From Candidatus Poribacteria bacterium (GTDB taxonomy: Bacteria; Poribacteria; WGA-4E; WGA-3G), in NCBI GenBank assembly GCA_965198235.1, contig OZ240248.1:128001-192000 (forward strand): a stretch of 64,000 bases of DNA, read 5' to 3'. Shown in pieces: positions 1 through 11,640 of the stretch (position 1 is its first letter; each line of letters begins with the position of its first letter). Both the position numbers and the translations under genes were made by a program. Under the pieces are notes generated by a model that was not told the DNA's origin, did not search any database, and worked only from the letters and a program-made list of their open reading frames with translations.

Positions 1-178
1 GGTTCGGTTAGGTGGGTTGGGATTTTCAAGTTCATCTCCGTAGAGCCGTCTTCCACTTCGTTTCAGACTACGCGCTCTCGCTAATTTTAAGTAGAACTTA
101 ACACATAATTCCATCTAATATTGTGCTAAGCTCGCGAGGAAACTTCGATCTGGAGATCAAACTATAGGAGGGACTTTG

Positions 179-844
179 ATGTCTCAATCTGGAAACGGAA
201 TTAACCTTTTCAATGGTAAAAATATGGAGGGTTGGCTCGCCCGAGGTGGCGCACCACAACATGAATGGGATGCCGCTGGCAGCGTCGCTCTCAACTCCGA
301 TGATGCTAAACTGCTGACAACAACGGCAGGCGAGGGAATTTTTTGTAACGGTGCCACAGGACGAACCATCGACATCTACACCGAGGCTGAGTACGGTGAT
401 TGTGAACTCCATTTGGAATTTATGGTGCCACAAGGTTCTAACTCAGGTGTTTATCTCATGGGGAGATACGAACTTCAGATATTGGACAGCTGGGGTGAAA
501 CGGAGCTCCACTATGGGACCTGTGGGGGTGTATATTGCCGTTGGATCGACAATCAACCGGTAGACGGTGTGCCGCCGCGCGTCAATGCCAGTAAACCTCC
601 AGGCGAATGGCAGACGTACGACATCACCTTCCGCGCACCAAAATTCGATGCCGATGGTAATAAAATTGCCAATGCTACCTTTGTCAAAGTCGTGTGGAAT
701 GGACAGGTAATCCATGAAGATGTTGAAGTGGTGGGTTGCACGCGCGGGACAATGATTGAAGATGAAGCCGCTATGGGTCCGTTAATGTTGCAAGGCGACC
801 ATGGACCTGTTGCCTTTCGCAACGTTGTGTTGAAATCTGCTTAA
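179..844 (+). CDS. DUF1080 (3-keto-disaccharide hydrolase-like) family protein
   Basis: LFNGKNMEGW, EFMVPQGSNSGVY, YELQILDS, GEWQTYDITF and LQGDHGPVAFRN motifs; AGGAGG upstream of ATG 179. Confidence 0.85.
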   Translation: MSQSGNGINLFNGKNMEGWLARGGAPQHEWDAAGSVALNSDDAKLLTTTAGEGIFCNGATGRTIDIYTEAEYGDCELHLEFMVPQGSNSGVYLMGRYELQILDSWGETELHYGTCGGVYCRWIDNQPVDGVPPRVNASKPPGEWQTYDITFRAPKFDADGNKIANATFVKVVWNGQVIHEDVEVVGCTRGTMIEDEAAMGPLMLQGDHGPVAFRNVVLKSA

Positions 845-883
845 GTCTTTTTGTCTATGGATATACCTTCTTAAGGAAATGTT

Positions 884-1972
884 ATGCAAAAATTGAAACT
901 GGGTGTTATTGGTGCAGGCGGTATTGTCTGCCGAATGCACCTGCCTGACCTCGCACAAGGCACTGATTTTGAAGTCAGTGTCATCGGTGGCAGACGTGAA
1001 CACCGTCTCAAGCATCAATGTCAAGAATTCGACATACCGCGTTGGACACAGGATTACGACACGATCATCGCTGATGGGACGCTTGATGCAATTCTTGTGG
1101 GTACCCCGCATCCATTACATGTTTCATGGGGTATTAAAGCGTTGGAAGCCGGCAAACATGTGCTCATGCAAAAACCGCTCTGTGGCGATATGGATGAAGC
1201 GAATCAATTTGTCAAGGCAACTGAAGCGAGTGGCAAAACGGTCATGTGTTTTCCACATTTCAACGCCGCTATCTATAAAATTCGCCAATTGATTGCAGAG
1301 AATGCGATTGGACGTGTGTCCGGTGCGAGAATGCGAAGCAGTCATGGAGGTCCCGAAATTTACTACGCGGAGATTCGTGACATCTTCGGTGAATCTGGCG
1401 ATGATTTGTGGTTTTTCGATGCAAAACAGGCGAGTGTCGGCGCGCTTTTTGACATGGGAGTTTACGCTGTTTCTGGTCTCGTCGCGATGCTCGGCACCTT
1501 CAGGCGGGTGACCGGCTTCATTTCTACGTTCGACAAACCGACAGAATTAGAAGATGTCGCCACGCTTGTGCTTGAGATGCAATCGGGAGGAATTGTCACT
1601 GCGGAGACGAGTTGGTGTGATCCCGCGCGCACGGGTGAAGCGAGTGTGCACGGCACGGCTGGCAAATTCACGATGCCCGGCAAAGATGGCGCGACACTCA
1701 GTCAATGGACACCAACCTCTTATACACGCGAACACGCTCCCGTCGATGTCAAAGCGATCGACTGTTCCGACACAACACCAAGCGGAATGCACACACATTT
1801 TGCGGAGTGTATCCGTGAGGGAACGCAACCGCCGCTCTCAAACGTGTATACGGCGCGGCATGTCACTGAGATTCTGCTTGCGGGTCTCGAATCCTCTGAG
1901 GCGGGTAGGGCGATTGAATTGACAACAGAAGCGGACAATTGTGGAAATTGTTCATCGTCGGCCTGTTGTTAA
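884..1972 (+). CDS. Gfo/Idh/MocA family oxidoreductase
   Basis: GVIGAGGI Rossmann motif, AGKHVLMQKP, GALFDMGVY. Confidence 0.9.
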   Translation: MQKLKLGVIGAGGIVCRMHLPDLAQGTDFEVSVIGGRREHRLKHQCQEFDIPRWTQDYDTIIADGTLDAILVGTPHPLHVSWGIKALEAGKHVLMQKPLCGDMDEANQFVKATEASGKTVMCFPHFNAAIYKIRQLIAENAIGRVSGARMRSSHGGPEIYYAEIRDIFGESGDDLWFFDAKQASVGALFDMGVYAVSGLVAMLGTFRRVTGFISTFDKPTELEDVATLVLEMQSGGIVTAETSWCDPARTGEASVHGTAGKFTMPGKDGATLSQWTPTSYTREHAPVDVKAIDCSDTTPSGMHTHFAECIREGTQPPLSNVYTARHVTEILLAGLESSEAGRAIELTTEADNCGNCSSSACC

Positions 1973-2030
1973 GAGAGTTATCAAACTAATGACAGAAGGA
2001 ACAGGTAATTAGGAAGGAAAAAGAGGTGTG

Positions 2031-2063
2031 TTCATGTAGGCGCGCTTTCCGCGCCTACATGAA
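2031..2063. terminator. Hairpin between convergent genes (GTAG-type REP-like or bidirectional terminator)
   Basis: TTCATGTAGGCGCG-CTTTC-CGCGCCTACATGAA, perfect 14-bp stem. Confidence 0.6.
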
Positions 2064-2076
2064 ACGCTCTAAACGT

Positions 2077-2535
2077 CTAACCTAAACTGGCGTGAAGTTC
2101 ATACCAGTCATCAAGGTTGTTGAGATTAACAGCGTCTAAGATAGAGCCGTCGTCATCAATACCGCTTGCACCGAGGATGCTCCCGCGGGTATCGTCATCG
2201 TGATTATAGCCACCAATTGCAGCGTTCAGTTCATCAACCGCCGATTGATCGAGGCTTCCACCGCTCTGTTCCAAAACCCACGCTTCAAATTGTGGATAGG
2301 TGGGGGAATTGTCACTGATATATGCCAGCGTAGCATCCTTGTCCAGACCGAGTCCATCTAACACCATTTGATCGAAGCCGGCTCCGCATGCCGGATAATC
2401 TTCATGCAGCTGACCCTTGGCATCCATTAGCACTTTCGACCAGAATCGGGGAAGATGCGACACGCCGAGCGGTCCTTTAACCCCGGAACTAATTGTCGGA
2501 ATCATTTTTGCCATTTTGCTTTTCCTTCCGAACAT
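2077..2535 (-). CDS. DUF5069-like domain protein
   Basis: GPLGVSHLPRFWSK...DYPACGAGFDQMVL...LNNLDDW pattern; AGGAGGAG upstream of ATG 2535 (alternative start 2514). Confidence 0.65.
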   Translation of the reverse strand: MFGRKSKMAKMIPTISSGVKGPLGVSHLPRFWSKVLMDAKGQLHEDYPACGAGFDQMVLDGLGLDKDATLAYISDNSPTYPQFEAWVLEQSGGSLDQSAVDELNAAIGGYNHDDDTRGSILGASGIDDDGSILDAVNLNNLDDWYELHASLG

Positions 2536-2742
2536 TGAATATCTCCTCCTTTTGAACATTGTGAACAATAGGCGGGCATCATCAGCACAATTGGTGCCGT
2601 TACCTGCCATGCGAAATTCCACGCCATTATAGCACAACGCGCAAAAAAAGCAAAGAAAAAAATTTTAAGCGAATTTCGTGAACCTCTCTTTAACTGAAGG
2701 TGTTAAAAAGTTACAAACCCAGTACAGATATGACCAAAAAAC

Positions 2743-2790
2743 CTGCCCGAAATGTAATGGAGGGCAGAGCAGAAACTCAATCATTAAAAA
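2743..2790. repeat. Dispersed palindromic repeat, copy 1 (CTGCCCGAAATG..TGGAGGGCAG family)
   Basis: 33 nt (2758-2790) identical to 4561-4593; related copies near 47760, 59270 and 61950 (reverse). Confidence 0.7.
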
Positions 2791-3071
2791 TCCGCATCGG
2801 GTTTAACAACTTTAAATCTGAGTTCACCCGGCTTGATATAGCCGAGTCGTTTTCTGGCGAGGCGTTCCTTTGTTAACTTGTCGTTTCGTAGCATTTCGAC
2901 GCGTTGCTTAAGTCGATCGCGTTCCGCCTCTAATTCCCGTATCTCAGCACGGTAGGCTTCTTCCGCAAGCTGTGCTTGTTGCCAGTCGTTATAACCGTTC
3001 ATAAATTGCTTGACACTCACGAGAAGTAAGGCAAGTGCGATCAAGAATAAAATTGGACGAAAAATACGCAT
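2784..3071 (-). CDS. ftsB: Septum formation initiator FtsB/DivIC
   Basis: N-terminal TM, coiled coil, ERLARKRLGYIKPGE motif; directly downstream of enolase. Confidence 0.85.
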   Translation of the reverse strand: MRIFRPILFLIALALLLVSVKQFMNGYNDWQQAQLAEEAYRAEIRELEAERDRLKQRVEMLRNDKLTKERLARKRLGYIKPGELRFKVVKPDADF

Positions 3072-3101
3072 TTTTTAATTAATTGCTCCGAAACTCAATA
3101 A

Positions 3102-4593
<1,492 letters not shown>

Positions 4594-4604
4594 ATTAGTC
4601 AATA

Positions 4605-5297
4605 CTATTCTTCAATAACGGCATCTGCAAGTAGATACGCAGATGCTAAAAAGATTAAACTATACCCGGCGAGCAACTTCAGCCAGAACCCGCCCTCTAA
4701 TCCACCGGTTACCAAAAGTGAGACGGTGCATTTCGCACCGCCCATAATGATTGGAATCACGAGCGGAAGTAGAATAACGGACAGCAGGCTTTCACCGCCG
4801 TTTGCACTTGTGGACATACCTGCTAACAGGACACCAACAGCGCAAAAACCGAGCGTGCCGATACCCAGCACGCCGAACAGTTTCAATAATATGCCCACGG
4901 TCACTACGTCAAGCAGATCCAAGAATTGGAGTGCGATGGGCGTGATGACAATTTCCAATAAAAATAAGAAGACAACGTTGCTAACGACTTTGGAGAGGTA
5001 GAGGTTACTTGCATCAACGCCGGTGAGCCGAATACCGTCCAGCGCACCGTGCGCGCGTTCTAATGCGAATGAACGGTTCAAGCTAATAATTCCTGCAAAG
5101 ACAAATGCTGCCCAGAGGACACTGGCGGTTAATTTACCACGTTCTACCTTTTCTGGGAAAATCGGACCGAACGCAAAAGCGAAGATGAGGACAACCAGTA
5201 CGCTGAAAACGAAGATGAGTACCAACGTCTCTTTTGAACGGAATTGAAGTCCAAGGTCCTTACGAATCAACGCGCCAATTTGACGGAGTGCCTTCAT
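4605..5297 (-). CDS. ccmB: Heme exporter / cytochrome c maturation permease CcmB
   Basis: KDLGLQFRSK, RSFALERAHGALDG, LLPLVIP; multi-TM; follows ccmA. Confidence 0.9.
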   Translation of the reverse strand: MKALRQIGALIRKDLGLQFRSKETLVLIFVFSVLVVLIFAFAFGPIFPEKVERGKLTASVLWAAFVFAGIISLNRSFALERAHGALDGIRLTGVDASNLYLSKVVSNVVFLFLLEIVITPIALQFLDLLDVVTVGILLKLFGVLGIGTLGFCAVGVLLAGMSTSANGGESLLSVILLPLVIPIIMGGAKCTVSLLVTGGLEGGFWLKLLAGYSLIFLASAYLLADAVIEE

Positions 5298-5322
5298 ATT
5301 TTTCTCAATTTGAAAGGTCTAT

Positions 5323-6042
5323 CTATAGATCCTTCGGAGCGTTGTCTATCAACCTCTCCTTATACGTTTGCAGTAATGTCTCTGCTTCGATTTCATCTTT
5401 CTGTGCAACCTCTTCCAATTCTCCATCTATCATGAAGAGAAACCTTGTCCCTACGAGATAGCCCAACTCTGTGTTGTGTGTTGTAATGACGATGCCTGTG
5501 CCTTTTTGTTGTTCCCGTGCAATACGATCAAGGACGAACTGTCGGGCAGAAGCATCCAGTCCAGAGAAGGGTTCATCGAGTAACAGCACTGAGGGGACGT
5601 GGAGAAGGGCTCTAGCGATCATGAAGCGTTGCGTCATGCCGCGTGAGAAGATGCGAAGGGGTTCATGTAAAAAACGCTGCAGCCCGACTTCAGCAAGAAG
5701 TGTTGTTGCACGGTGTTCCAACTGCTTAACGCCATACATCTGCCCGAAAAACTTGAGGTTCTCATAAGGACTGAATGAAGGGTAGGCGAGATTTTCATGA
5801 ATAACGACCCCGAGCGCGCTACGCACGTCCGAGTAATCCGCGATTGCATCCGTACCTTCAATCTCAAGTTTTCCAGATGTCGGTTTCAGGAGGGTTGCGA
5901 GAATTCTGATGAGCGTTGTTTTACCGGCACCGTTGGGACCGAAAATTGTGACCACTTCTCCGGGATGAACCGAAAATGTGGCGTTTTTGACAATCGTGCG
6001 ATGTCCGAAGTCCTTTGTGAGTTGGGAAGCACGAAGGCGCAT
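5323..6042 (-). CDS. ccmA: Heme exporter ABC ATPase CcmA
   Basis: GPNGAGKTT Walker A, FSRGMTQR signature, LLLDEPFSGLD; adjacent to ccmB. Confidence 0.88.
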   Translation of the reverse strand: MRLRASQLTKDFGHRTIVKNATFSVHPGEVVTIFGPNGAGKTTLIRILATLLKPTSGKLEIEGTDAIADYSDVRSALGVVIHENLAYPSFSPYENLKFFGQMYGVKQLEHRATTLLAEVGLQRFLHEPLRIFSRGMTQRFMIARALLHVPSVLLLDEPFSGLDASARQFVLDRIAREQQKGTGIVITTHNTELGYLVGTRFLFMIDGELEEVAQKDEIEAETLLQTYKERLIDNAPKDL

Positions 6043-6119
6043 GGTGCGAGAGATTCCGTGTCAGGTAAAAAAGGCAATGGGCGGGACATGAGCCCGCCCT
6101 ATACGCCGGGGTCCCCACC

Positions 6120-6147
6120 CAGGGTTCCCACCCGTTACTGGGAAGGG
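6120..6147. repeat. 28-bp repeat shared (inverted) with 14670-14697
   Basis: Reverse complement CCCTTCCCAGTAACGGGTGGGAACCCTG versus CCCTTCCCAGTAACGGGTGGGGACCCTG, 27 of 28 identical. Confidence 0.7.
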
Positions 6148-6216
6148 ATGCTGGAAAGGGGCATATCGTGGGTAAAAAGGATAGGTAAGCGCAAAACCTA
6201 CCAACACCTCTCTTCT

Positions 6217-7134
6217 TTACATCATACGCCGAATAATTGCATCACCTTGTTCTTGGGTAACGCCAAGCGGTTGATGCGCCATGGGACCGTTTTCCAAAAC
6301 AGGTTCCATTTCATCCAAGGCGGGACGGCTCGTATCTTGATAAAAGAGCCCGATCGGGATTTCGTCGCCCCACTTGACGGCTTGTTCAAGTGCCGCAGTT
6401 TTATCGCTCGGATCGTGATCTTCAAGTTCCTGGACACGCTGTTTGAAAAAGTCACTCGTGTTGTCCTTATTGAAGGTGATACAGGGGCTGAACACATCAA
6501 TAAGGGCGAAGCCTTTGTGCTGCATGCCATTGTACATCAAGTCGGCGAGTTGCCGTGGGTTACCGCTAAATCCTCTTGCAACGTAAGTCGCTCCAGCGAC
6601 AATCGCCATAGCGATCGGATTGAGTGGAGCCTCTATATTGCCAAACGGTGTGCTTTTAGTCGTCATATCCAGCATACTGGTTGGCGAAGCTTGGCCAATG
6701 GTCAACCCGTAAATCTGGTTGTCCATCACAATATAGAGGAGATCGATATTTTTTCGCATCGTATGAATGAAGTGGTTTCCGCCGATGCCGTATCCGTCCC
6801 CATCACCACCGGTAACAACCACGTTCATGTGGTGATTCGCGAGTTTGGCACCTGTTGCAACCGCGAGTGACCGCCCATGGAGCGTATGCATTCCGTACGT
6901 CCGAATATAGCCAGGAAGGTTGGAGGAGCATCCGATACCACTTACGGTGAGGTGTTCATGATTGCCTTTGCCAAGTTTCGCATAAGCACTTTGTAGCGAA
7001 CTGAGTACACCGTAATCACCGCAGCCTGCGCACCAATCTGGACGAACATCACCTTGAAAGTCTTTCGCCGTAGGCGCACCTTGAATGGGTCTTTCTCGTC
7101 GAGTAGATCGTTCTCGTTTCGCCATCTGATTCAT
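6217..7134 (-). CDS. 2-oxoacid:ferredoxin oxidoreductase beta subunit (KorB/OorB-like)
   Basis: WCAGCGD, SGIGCSS, HTLHGR, TPP-binding GGDGDGYGIGGNH, DNQIYGLTIGQASP. Confidence 0.95.
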   Translation of the reverse strand: MNQMAKRERSTRRERPIQGAPTAKDFQGDVRPDWCAGCGDYGVLSSLQSAYAKLGKGNHEHLTVSGIGCSSNLPGYIRTYGMHTLHGRSLAVATGAKLANHHMNVVVTGGDGDGYGIGGNHFIHTMRKNIDLLYIVMDNQIYGLTIGQASPTSMLDMTTKSTPFGNIEAPLNPIAMAIVAGATYVARGFSGNPRQLADLMYNGMQHKGFALIDVFSPCITFNKDNTSDFFKQRVQELEDHDPSDKTAALEQAVKWGDEIPIGLFYQDTSRPALDEMEPVLENGPMAHQPLGVTQEQGDAIIRRMM

Positions 7135-7143
7135 CCTCCTTTT

Positions 7144-8928
7144 TTAGACAACAATTTCTTGGTAGGGAACATAGAGGTCTGTCTTACCGGTTAAGAGTTC
7201 GCGGATACCATCAACGATATGATGTGGCATGAACGGTTCGCCGTCGTATTTGCGGATTTGACCGTCCGCCTTAAAGCCGGTTTCACCGCGTAGGAATCGT
7301 GCGAATTGACCGGTATAGTTGCACTCAACGATGATGGAATGCGCCGATTTTGCCAGCACCTCGTTCACTGCATCTTCGTCCATCGGATAGAGCCACTTGA
7401 AATGGATGTGATTCGTAGAAATGCCGGCTTCTGTTAGCAGTTGCGCGGCTTCGCTAATCACACTATGGGTGGAACCCCACCCGACGAGAGTGACTTCGGC
7501 ATCCGCCGGTCCTTCAAGAGTCGGGGGCGGGATGAGTTCGACGATACCGTCCATCTTCCGTTGCCGTTTTTCCATGATGTCGCGCCGTTTGTGAGGATTC
7601 GTGAATTCGTCACTAATCAAAGTGCCGTCTTCAGCGTGGTCATCAGTCGCAACGACGTGGACATGGCCCGGAGTGCCGGGAATCGCTCGCGGTGAGATCC
7701 CACTATCGGTGATTTCATAGCGGAGGTATTCACCTTCAGGTTGGGCATCACTGCCAATAAGAGCCCCTCGATCTATTTCGGGTTCCCAATTGATGGAATC
7801 CGGTTCAAACGTCGTGAAGCCCATAGACAACGTTAGATCGGAGAGGACCATGGCGGGACACTGGAATTTGTCTGCGAGATTGAAGACCTCAGGAATGGTA
7901 TCAAAACCGTCCATAATGCTCGTAGGCGCGACAACAATCTTCGGGAAATCCCCTTGACTTGCACCGAGAATCTGCCACAAATCGCCCTGTTCCGTTTTAG
8001 TAGGCAAACCTGTGGAGGGACCGCCGCGTTGGACGTTAATAATGACGATGGGAATTTCCATCATGCCGGCGCTACCGATAGCTTCCGACATGAGAGCGAA
8101 TCCACCGCCTGATGTCGCACACATCGCGCGGCACCCAGCGTGTGATGCTCCGATAACCATATTGACAACGCTAATTTCGTCTTCGCATTGACGGACCATG
8201 ATGTTGAGATCGCGAGCGTTGTTTGCCATCCAGTGCAGAACACCCGTTGAAGGACTCATCGGATAGGCAGCATAAAATTTGACACCGGCGGCTGCACCGC
8301 CCATTGCCATTACCGAGTTGCCGTCAGCGACGGCGAGAACTGGTGTCTGTTTCTCAAATTGGGTGTCGAATGCAGTGAAGTTTTCAGATGCGTGATTGTA
8401 ACCTGCACGCGCGACATCAATGTTCGCATCTACGACCGCTTGTCCTTTGCGTTTGAGGAATTGAACAGTGAGCATATCCTCAAACACTTTTAGATCTCCG
8501 CCCACAAGCTTCATCGCTGCCCCGAGCATACAGACATTTAGCATCAGCTTTTTTCTATCGGTCTTGTTACACAATTCTTGATAGGACAGAGGTGCCAGTT
8601 GTATGTCGTCGCGCTCTGGTGCCTGTTTGACATCATCGCTATTATAGATGAGCGTGCCGCCGGGAGCAACATGTGGAAGGTGTGTCTCCAAGCTATTCCG
8701 GTCTAAGGCAATAACCAGATCAAGCTTGTCGCCTTGGTTAGCGACCGATTCAGAACTGATTCTGGCAGTAAGGAAGGTGTGACCGCCGCGGATGAGGGAT
8801 TGGTAAGCACTATAGGTAAAGATGTGCAAACCGTGCCGGGCACAGATCCGAGTCAAAACCTGACCAACGGAGTCTATTCCCTGTCCGGGTGCCCCTCCTA
8901 CAGCGATTACAAAATCGTATTTTGCCAT
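7144..8928 (-). CDS. 2-oxoacid:ferredoxin oxidoreductase alpha subunit (fused gamma-alpha, KorA-like)
   Basis: GGAPGQG, IRGGH, AAYPMSPST, TSGGGFALMSE, QRGGPSTGLPTKTEQGD. Confidence 0.95.
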   Translation of the reverse strand: MAKYDFVIAVGGAPGQGIDSVGQVLTRICARHGLHIFTYSAYQSLIRGGHTFLTARISSESVANQGDKLDLVIALDRNSLETHLPHVAPGGTLIYNSDDVKQAPERDDIQLAPLSYQELCNKTDRKKLMLNVCMLGAAMKLVGGDLKVFEDMLTVQFLKRKGQAVVDANIDVARAGYNHASENFTAFDTQFEKQTPVLAVADGNSVMAMGGAAAGVKFYAAYPMSPSTGVLHWMANNARDLNIMVRQCEDEISVVNMVIGASHAGCRAMCATSGGGFALMSEAIGSAGMMEIPIVIINVQRGGPSTGLPTKTEQGDLWQILGASQGDFPKIVVAPTSIMDGFDTIPEVFNLADKFQCPAMVLSDLTLSMGFTTFEPDSINWEPEIDRGALIGSDAQPEGEYLRYEITDSGISPRAIPGTPGHVHVVATDDHAEDGTLISDEFTNPHKRRDIMEKRQRKMDGIVELIPPPTLEGPADAEVTLVGWGSTHSVISEAAQLLTEAGISTNHIHFKWLYPMDEDAVNEVLAKSAHSIIVECNYTGQFARFLRGETGFKADGQIRKYDGEPFMPHHIVDGIRELLTGKTDLYVPYQEIVV

Positions 8929-9120
8929 CTTGGCTCCCTTCTAATGTTTTGTATTCCATTCTGGTATAGCGAATTCACCGAAGATACGCTACAGTTCGAT
9001 AAACCTGACGACACCAGAGTGGTGGACAAATAAGCAAGTTGATTCGTTTGTTAGTTACATGGCGATATTTGCGCCTTTTTCTTAATATTGATGAACACAT
9101 AAAACATTTTTCTTTCTTTA

Positions 9121-9149
9121 ATTATACTACATTCGATGCACTTTTTCAA
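9121..9149 (-). promoter_or_regulatory. Sigma70-type promoter for the oxidoreductase operon
   Basis: TTGAAA-N17-TATAAT on the minus strand. Confidence 0.6.
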
Positions 9150-9319
9150 GTTTTTTTAAGATTTGGCAAATTTATCGCAACGTTTATTGGAGCATCAACT
9201 TTTATGAATTCAATCTATTGAAAGCAATTTCTCAGCGAATTCTGTAGCCATGAACAAACGTCAAAATATGTGTCTGTCCCATGCTTCGGAGGAATTTTGG
9301 AAGGATATGAACTTCCGCA

Positions 9320-9931
9320 CTATGCTTGGGTCAATGCTGTGAGTGCCTGTTTCGCTTCTGGGGTTCCAATTTTTTCCAAGGCATACGCTACATGCTGTTG
9401 AACCCGTTCGGAGTCATCTTCTAATGCTTTGATTAACGCAGGTACAGCTGCCGCGGCAACTTCCTCAAGATTTGAGAGGGCGTATGCGCTATAGGTCCGA
9501 ACCTCTTCTTCGGGATCGCTTAAAGCTTCAATAAGCACCGGTATTGCACCGATTGCCGCCAGTCCCATGCCATTGAAGGCGCGGACAGCATATTCGCGAA
9601 GTTGCTCATCTAAATCTTGTAAGGCTTCGCTGAGTGCGGGAATGGCAGGGGCACCAATTCTACCTAACGTATCACTTATGCAGAGGGCATGATATCGTTC
9701 GGCTATTGCCAACTCCTCCATTAGTGCTGGCACTGCAGAAACACCGATTTCTGCCAAAATGTCTGCCGCTTGATCCGGAACATCCCACAAATTTTCTGAA
9801 AGCGCCTCGATGAGTTGTGGAATAGCCGGTTCGCCAATAGCAACCAATTCTTTTCTTGCGGCCTCGCGGACATCGTCCTCCATATCCGACAGCTCATCAA
9901 TCAAGTCGGCTATGACGTGCTCGCTGTCCAT
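9320..9931 (-). CDS. HEAT/PBS-lyase repeat protein
   Basis: Repeated AIPALIEALxDxxxxVRxxAAxALxxIG units. Confidence 0.9.
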   Translation of the reverse strand: MDSEHVIADLIDELSDMEDDVREAARKELVAIGEPAIPQLIEALSENLWDVPDQAADILAEIGVSAVPALMEELAIAERYHALCISDTLGRIGAPAIPALSEALQDLDEQLREYAVRAFNGMGLAAIGAIPVLIEALSDPEEEVRTYSAYALSNLEEVAAAAVPALIKALEDDSERVQQHVAYALEKIGTPEAKQALTALTQA

Positions 9932-10327
9932 CTATTCTCCTTTTTTAACGTACGCCAACATTGTGATAAGACGGTCAGTTTGCTCGGGTCGCAGGTACTT
10001 GTAAAACCATTCGGAAAACTCACGTTCGGCTCTGGTGAGTTCCGCCGTGAGTGCGGGGATGGTAGATTCCCCGATTTTTGCCAACACCTCCGCAGCATGA
10101 TTCGCCATCTGCTCCATGTAAACAGGAATAGCGGATTCTTCAACGTGCGTGTAAAACTCGGCTCCGTACCCAGAGATATGCCAACATTCCTGAGTAAGGA
10201 CATCGATGAGTTGCGGAATAGCCGGTTTGCCTATGGCAATCAATTCTGCTTTCGCGGTATCTCGAACGTTTTCGTCTATATGACCCAACATGACTATCAG
10301 ATCAGCGATGTGGTGTTTGCTATGCAT
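9932..10327 (-). CDS. Short HEAT-repeat protein, paralog of the downstream gene
   Basis: MHSKHHIADLIVMLG...AIGKPAIPQLIDVL matches the N-terminus of 9320-9931; AAGGAG upstream of ATG 10327. Confidence 0.7.
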   Translation of the reverse strand: MHSKHHIADLIVMLGHIDENVRDTAKAELIAIGKPAIPQLIDVLTQECWHISGYGAEFYTHVEESAIPVYMEQMANHAAEVLAKIGESTIPALTAELTRAEREFSEWFYKYLRPEQTDRLITMLAYVKKGE

Positions 10328-11639
10328 CGGTTCTCCTTTTTTGTTCTTCGAGGAGTGTCGTGAGGCGTTCCGTTTGTTCTCGGCGCAATCGTTTATAGAC
10401 GCGCTCCGAAATTTCTTGCTTCTCATACTTATCATCGAGATGCGTGATGAATTCAAGCCTTGCGACGCGGACATGCTCGTGATCATCTGGACTCAGCTTA
10501 CGGAGCCAGCCTGCGTCTGATGGCGTTGCGGTGTCATCGGTATCAGACTTGGTACTGCTGTTTGCTGTACGGAGTTTAAAAAGAGCGGCGACGAAGAATC
10601 CACCGGCTAATGCTGCTGCAACAGTAATAAGTATCAACTGCCTCAGATTAGATGTTTGCCCCGGTAGGGCACCACGGGCAGGACCCATGTTTACATTAAG
10701 TGCTAAATCAACCGTCGTGCCAGCATTAAACGCCTTTGGCGCAGTGCTTCGATATATAAGATAAATATCATTGTGAATCTGTTCGCGCTTTGGTGCACCG
10801 AAAAACTTCGCACGCGGCGCAAAGTCGATACCTTCGGGGACAAAGAATAAGAACTCTGCCGTGGCAAAATTCAAGCGACGCGATAAATCCAGCCCGTTTT
10901 TTTCGACGTGGAAAATATAAGTGTAGCCTAAATGTGTTTCCCCTGGTGGCAATGGCATCGTGCGGATGGCTTGATTGGTAGCAGCGTTTATCGTGAGTTC
11001 TGTTGACTTATGTGGCTGAAAACCCTCAGTCCCTTTAGGAAGGGTTAAATGCAGTCCGACTGTTTGTGTGCCGTGCGTTGTCCTAAAAGGTAGGTCGCTC
11101 AGGTTTTCAATCCCAATTGCTTCAATGACTGTGACGGCACCATCGGGCGCGTGGTCGGGAGGCGGAGGCGCAATGACAAAACTATGCGACTTCACACGGA
11201 TTCGCGTTTTGTCATCTGTAAATGCCCCAATTTCAAAGTCGATTTTGATGTTTGGAGCCCAAGTTGACAAAACGAGGTCCTTCTCGGTGTGGTTAGTTCC
11301 TTCATGAACGGTAGAAACCGTATAATGGACGCTTGGATCGAGCGGTAAATTCCCAAAACGATAGTTCCCATTTTCATCTGTTGTCGTTTCTTGGGTCTCA
11401 AGAGTGTCCGTCTTATGGATAGTGAGGGTTACGGGCTGTGAGACGAGAGGTTTGTCCTGCTTTCTATCGATAACCGTGCCTTGAATATCGCCTGATTCTG
11501 TCGTTTGCGCGTACGGAGTGGGAAGTGAAAAAAGAAGCGTCAAGGCAACCGCTAATAGGCTACTTATCCACCATATAGTGATATAGCGAATCTGCGAATT
11601 GCCCCTTGCATTGCTATATGAAGATATATTCGTGTACAT
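10320..11639 (-). CDS. Membrane-anchored protein with carboxypeptidase-regulatory-like (Ig-like) domain, ccm operon
   Basis: Signal-like N-terminus, GDIQGTV...TTTDENGNYRF, C-terminal TM and LDDKYEKQEISERVY tail. Confidence 0.7.
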   Translation of the reverse strand: MYTNISSYSNARGNSQIRYITIWWISSLLAVALTLLFSLPTPYAQTTESGDIQGTVIDRKQDKPLVSQPVTLTIHKTDTLETQETTTDENGNYRFGNLPLDPSVHYTVSTVHEGTNHTEKDLVLSTWAPNIKIDFEIGAFTDDKTRIRVKSHSFVIAPPPPDHAPDGAVTVIEAIGIENLSDLPFRTTHGTQTVGLHLTLPKGTEGFQPHKSTELTINAATNQAIRTMPLPPGETHLGYTYIFHVEKNGLDLSRRLNFATAEFLFFVPEGIDFAPRAKFFGAPKREQIHNDIYLIYRSTAPKAFNAGTTVDLALNVNMGPARGALPGQTSNLRQLILITVAAALAGGFFVAALFKLRTANSSTKSDTDDTATPSDAGWLRKLSPDDHEHVRVARLEFITHLDDKYEKQEISERVYKRLRREQTERLTTLLEEQKRRTDA

Positions 11640-11640
11640 A

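Noticed and set aside
1-100. Possible RNA gene at the window start
   Set aside because: Resembles the dispersed intergenic repeats seen elsewhere and is truncated by the window edge.
1936-1972. Cys-rich tail (CGNCSSSACC) on the oxidoreductase as a metal-binding module
   Set aside because: Lies beyond the conserved domain end and could be a chance extension; cannot be supported without homologs.
5797-6870. 357-aa plus-strand ORF
   Set aside because: Antisense shadow of ccmA and the oxidoreductase beta subunit, with no recognisable motifs.
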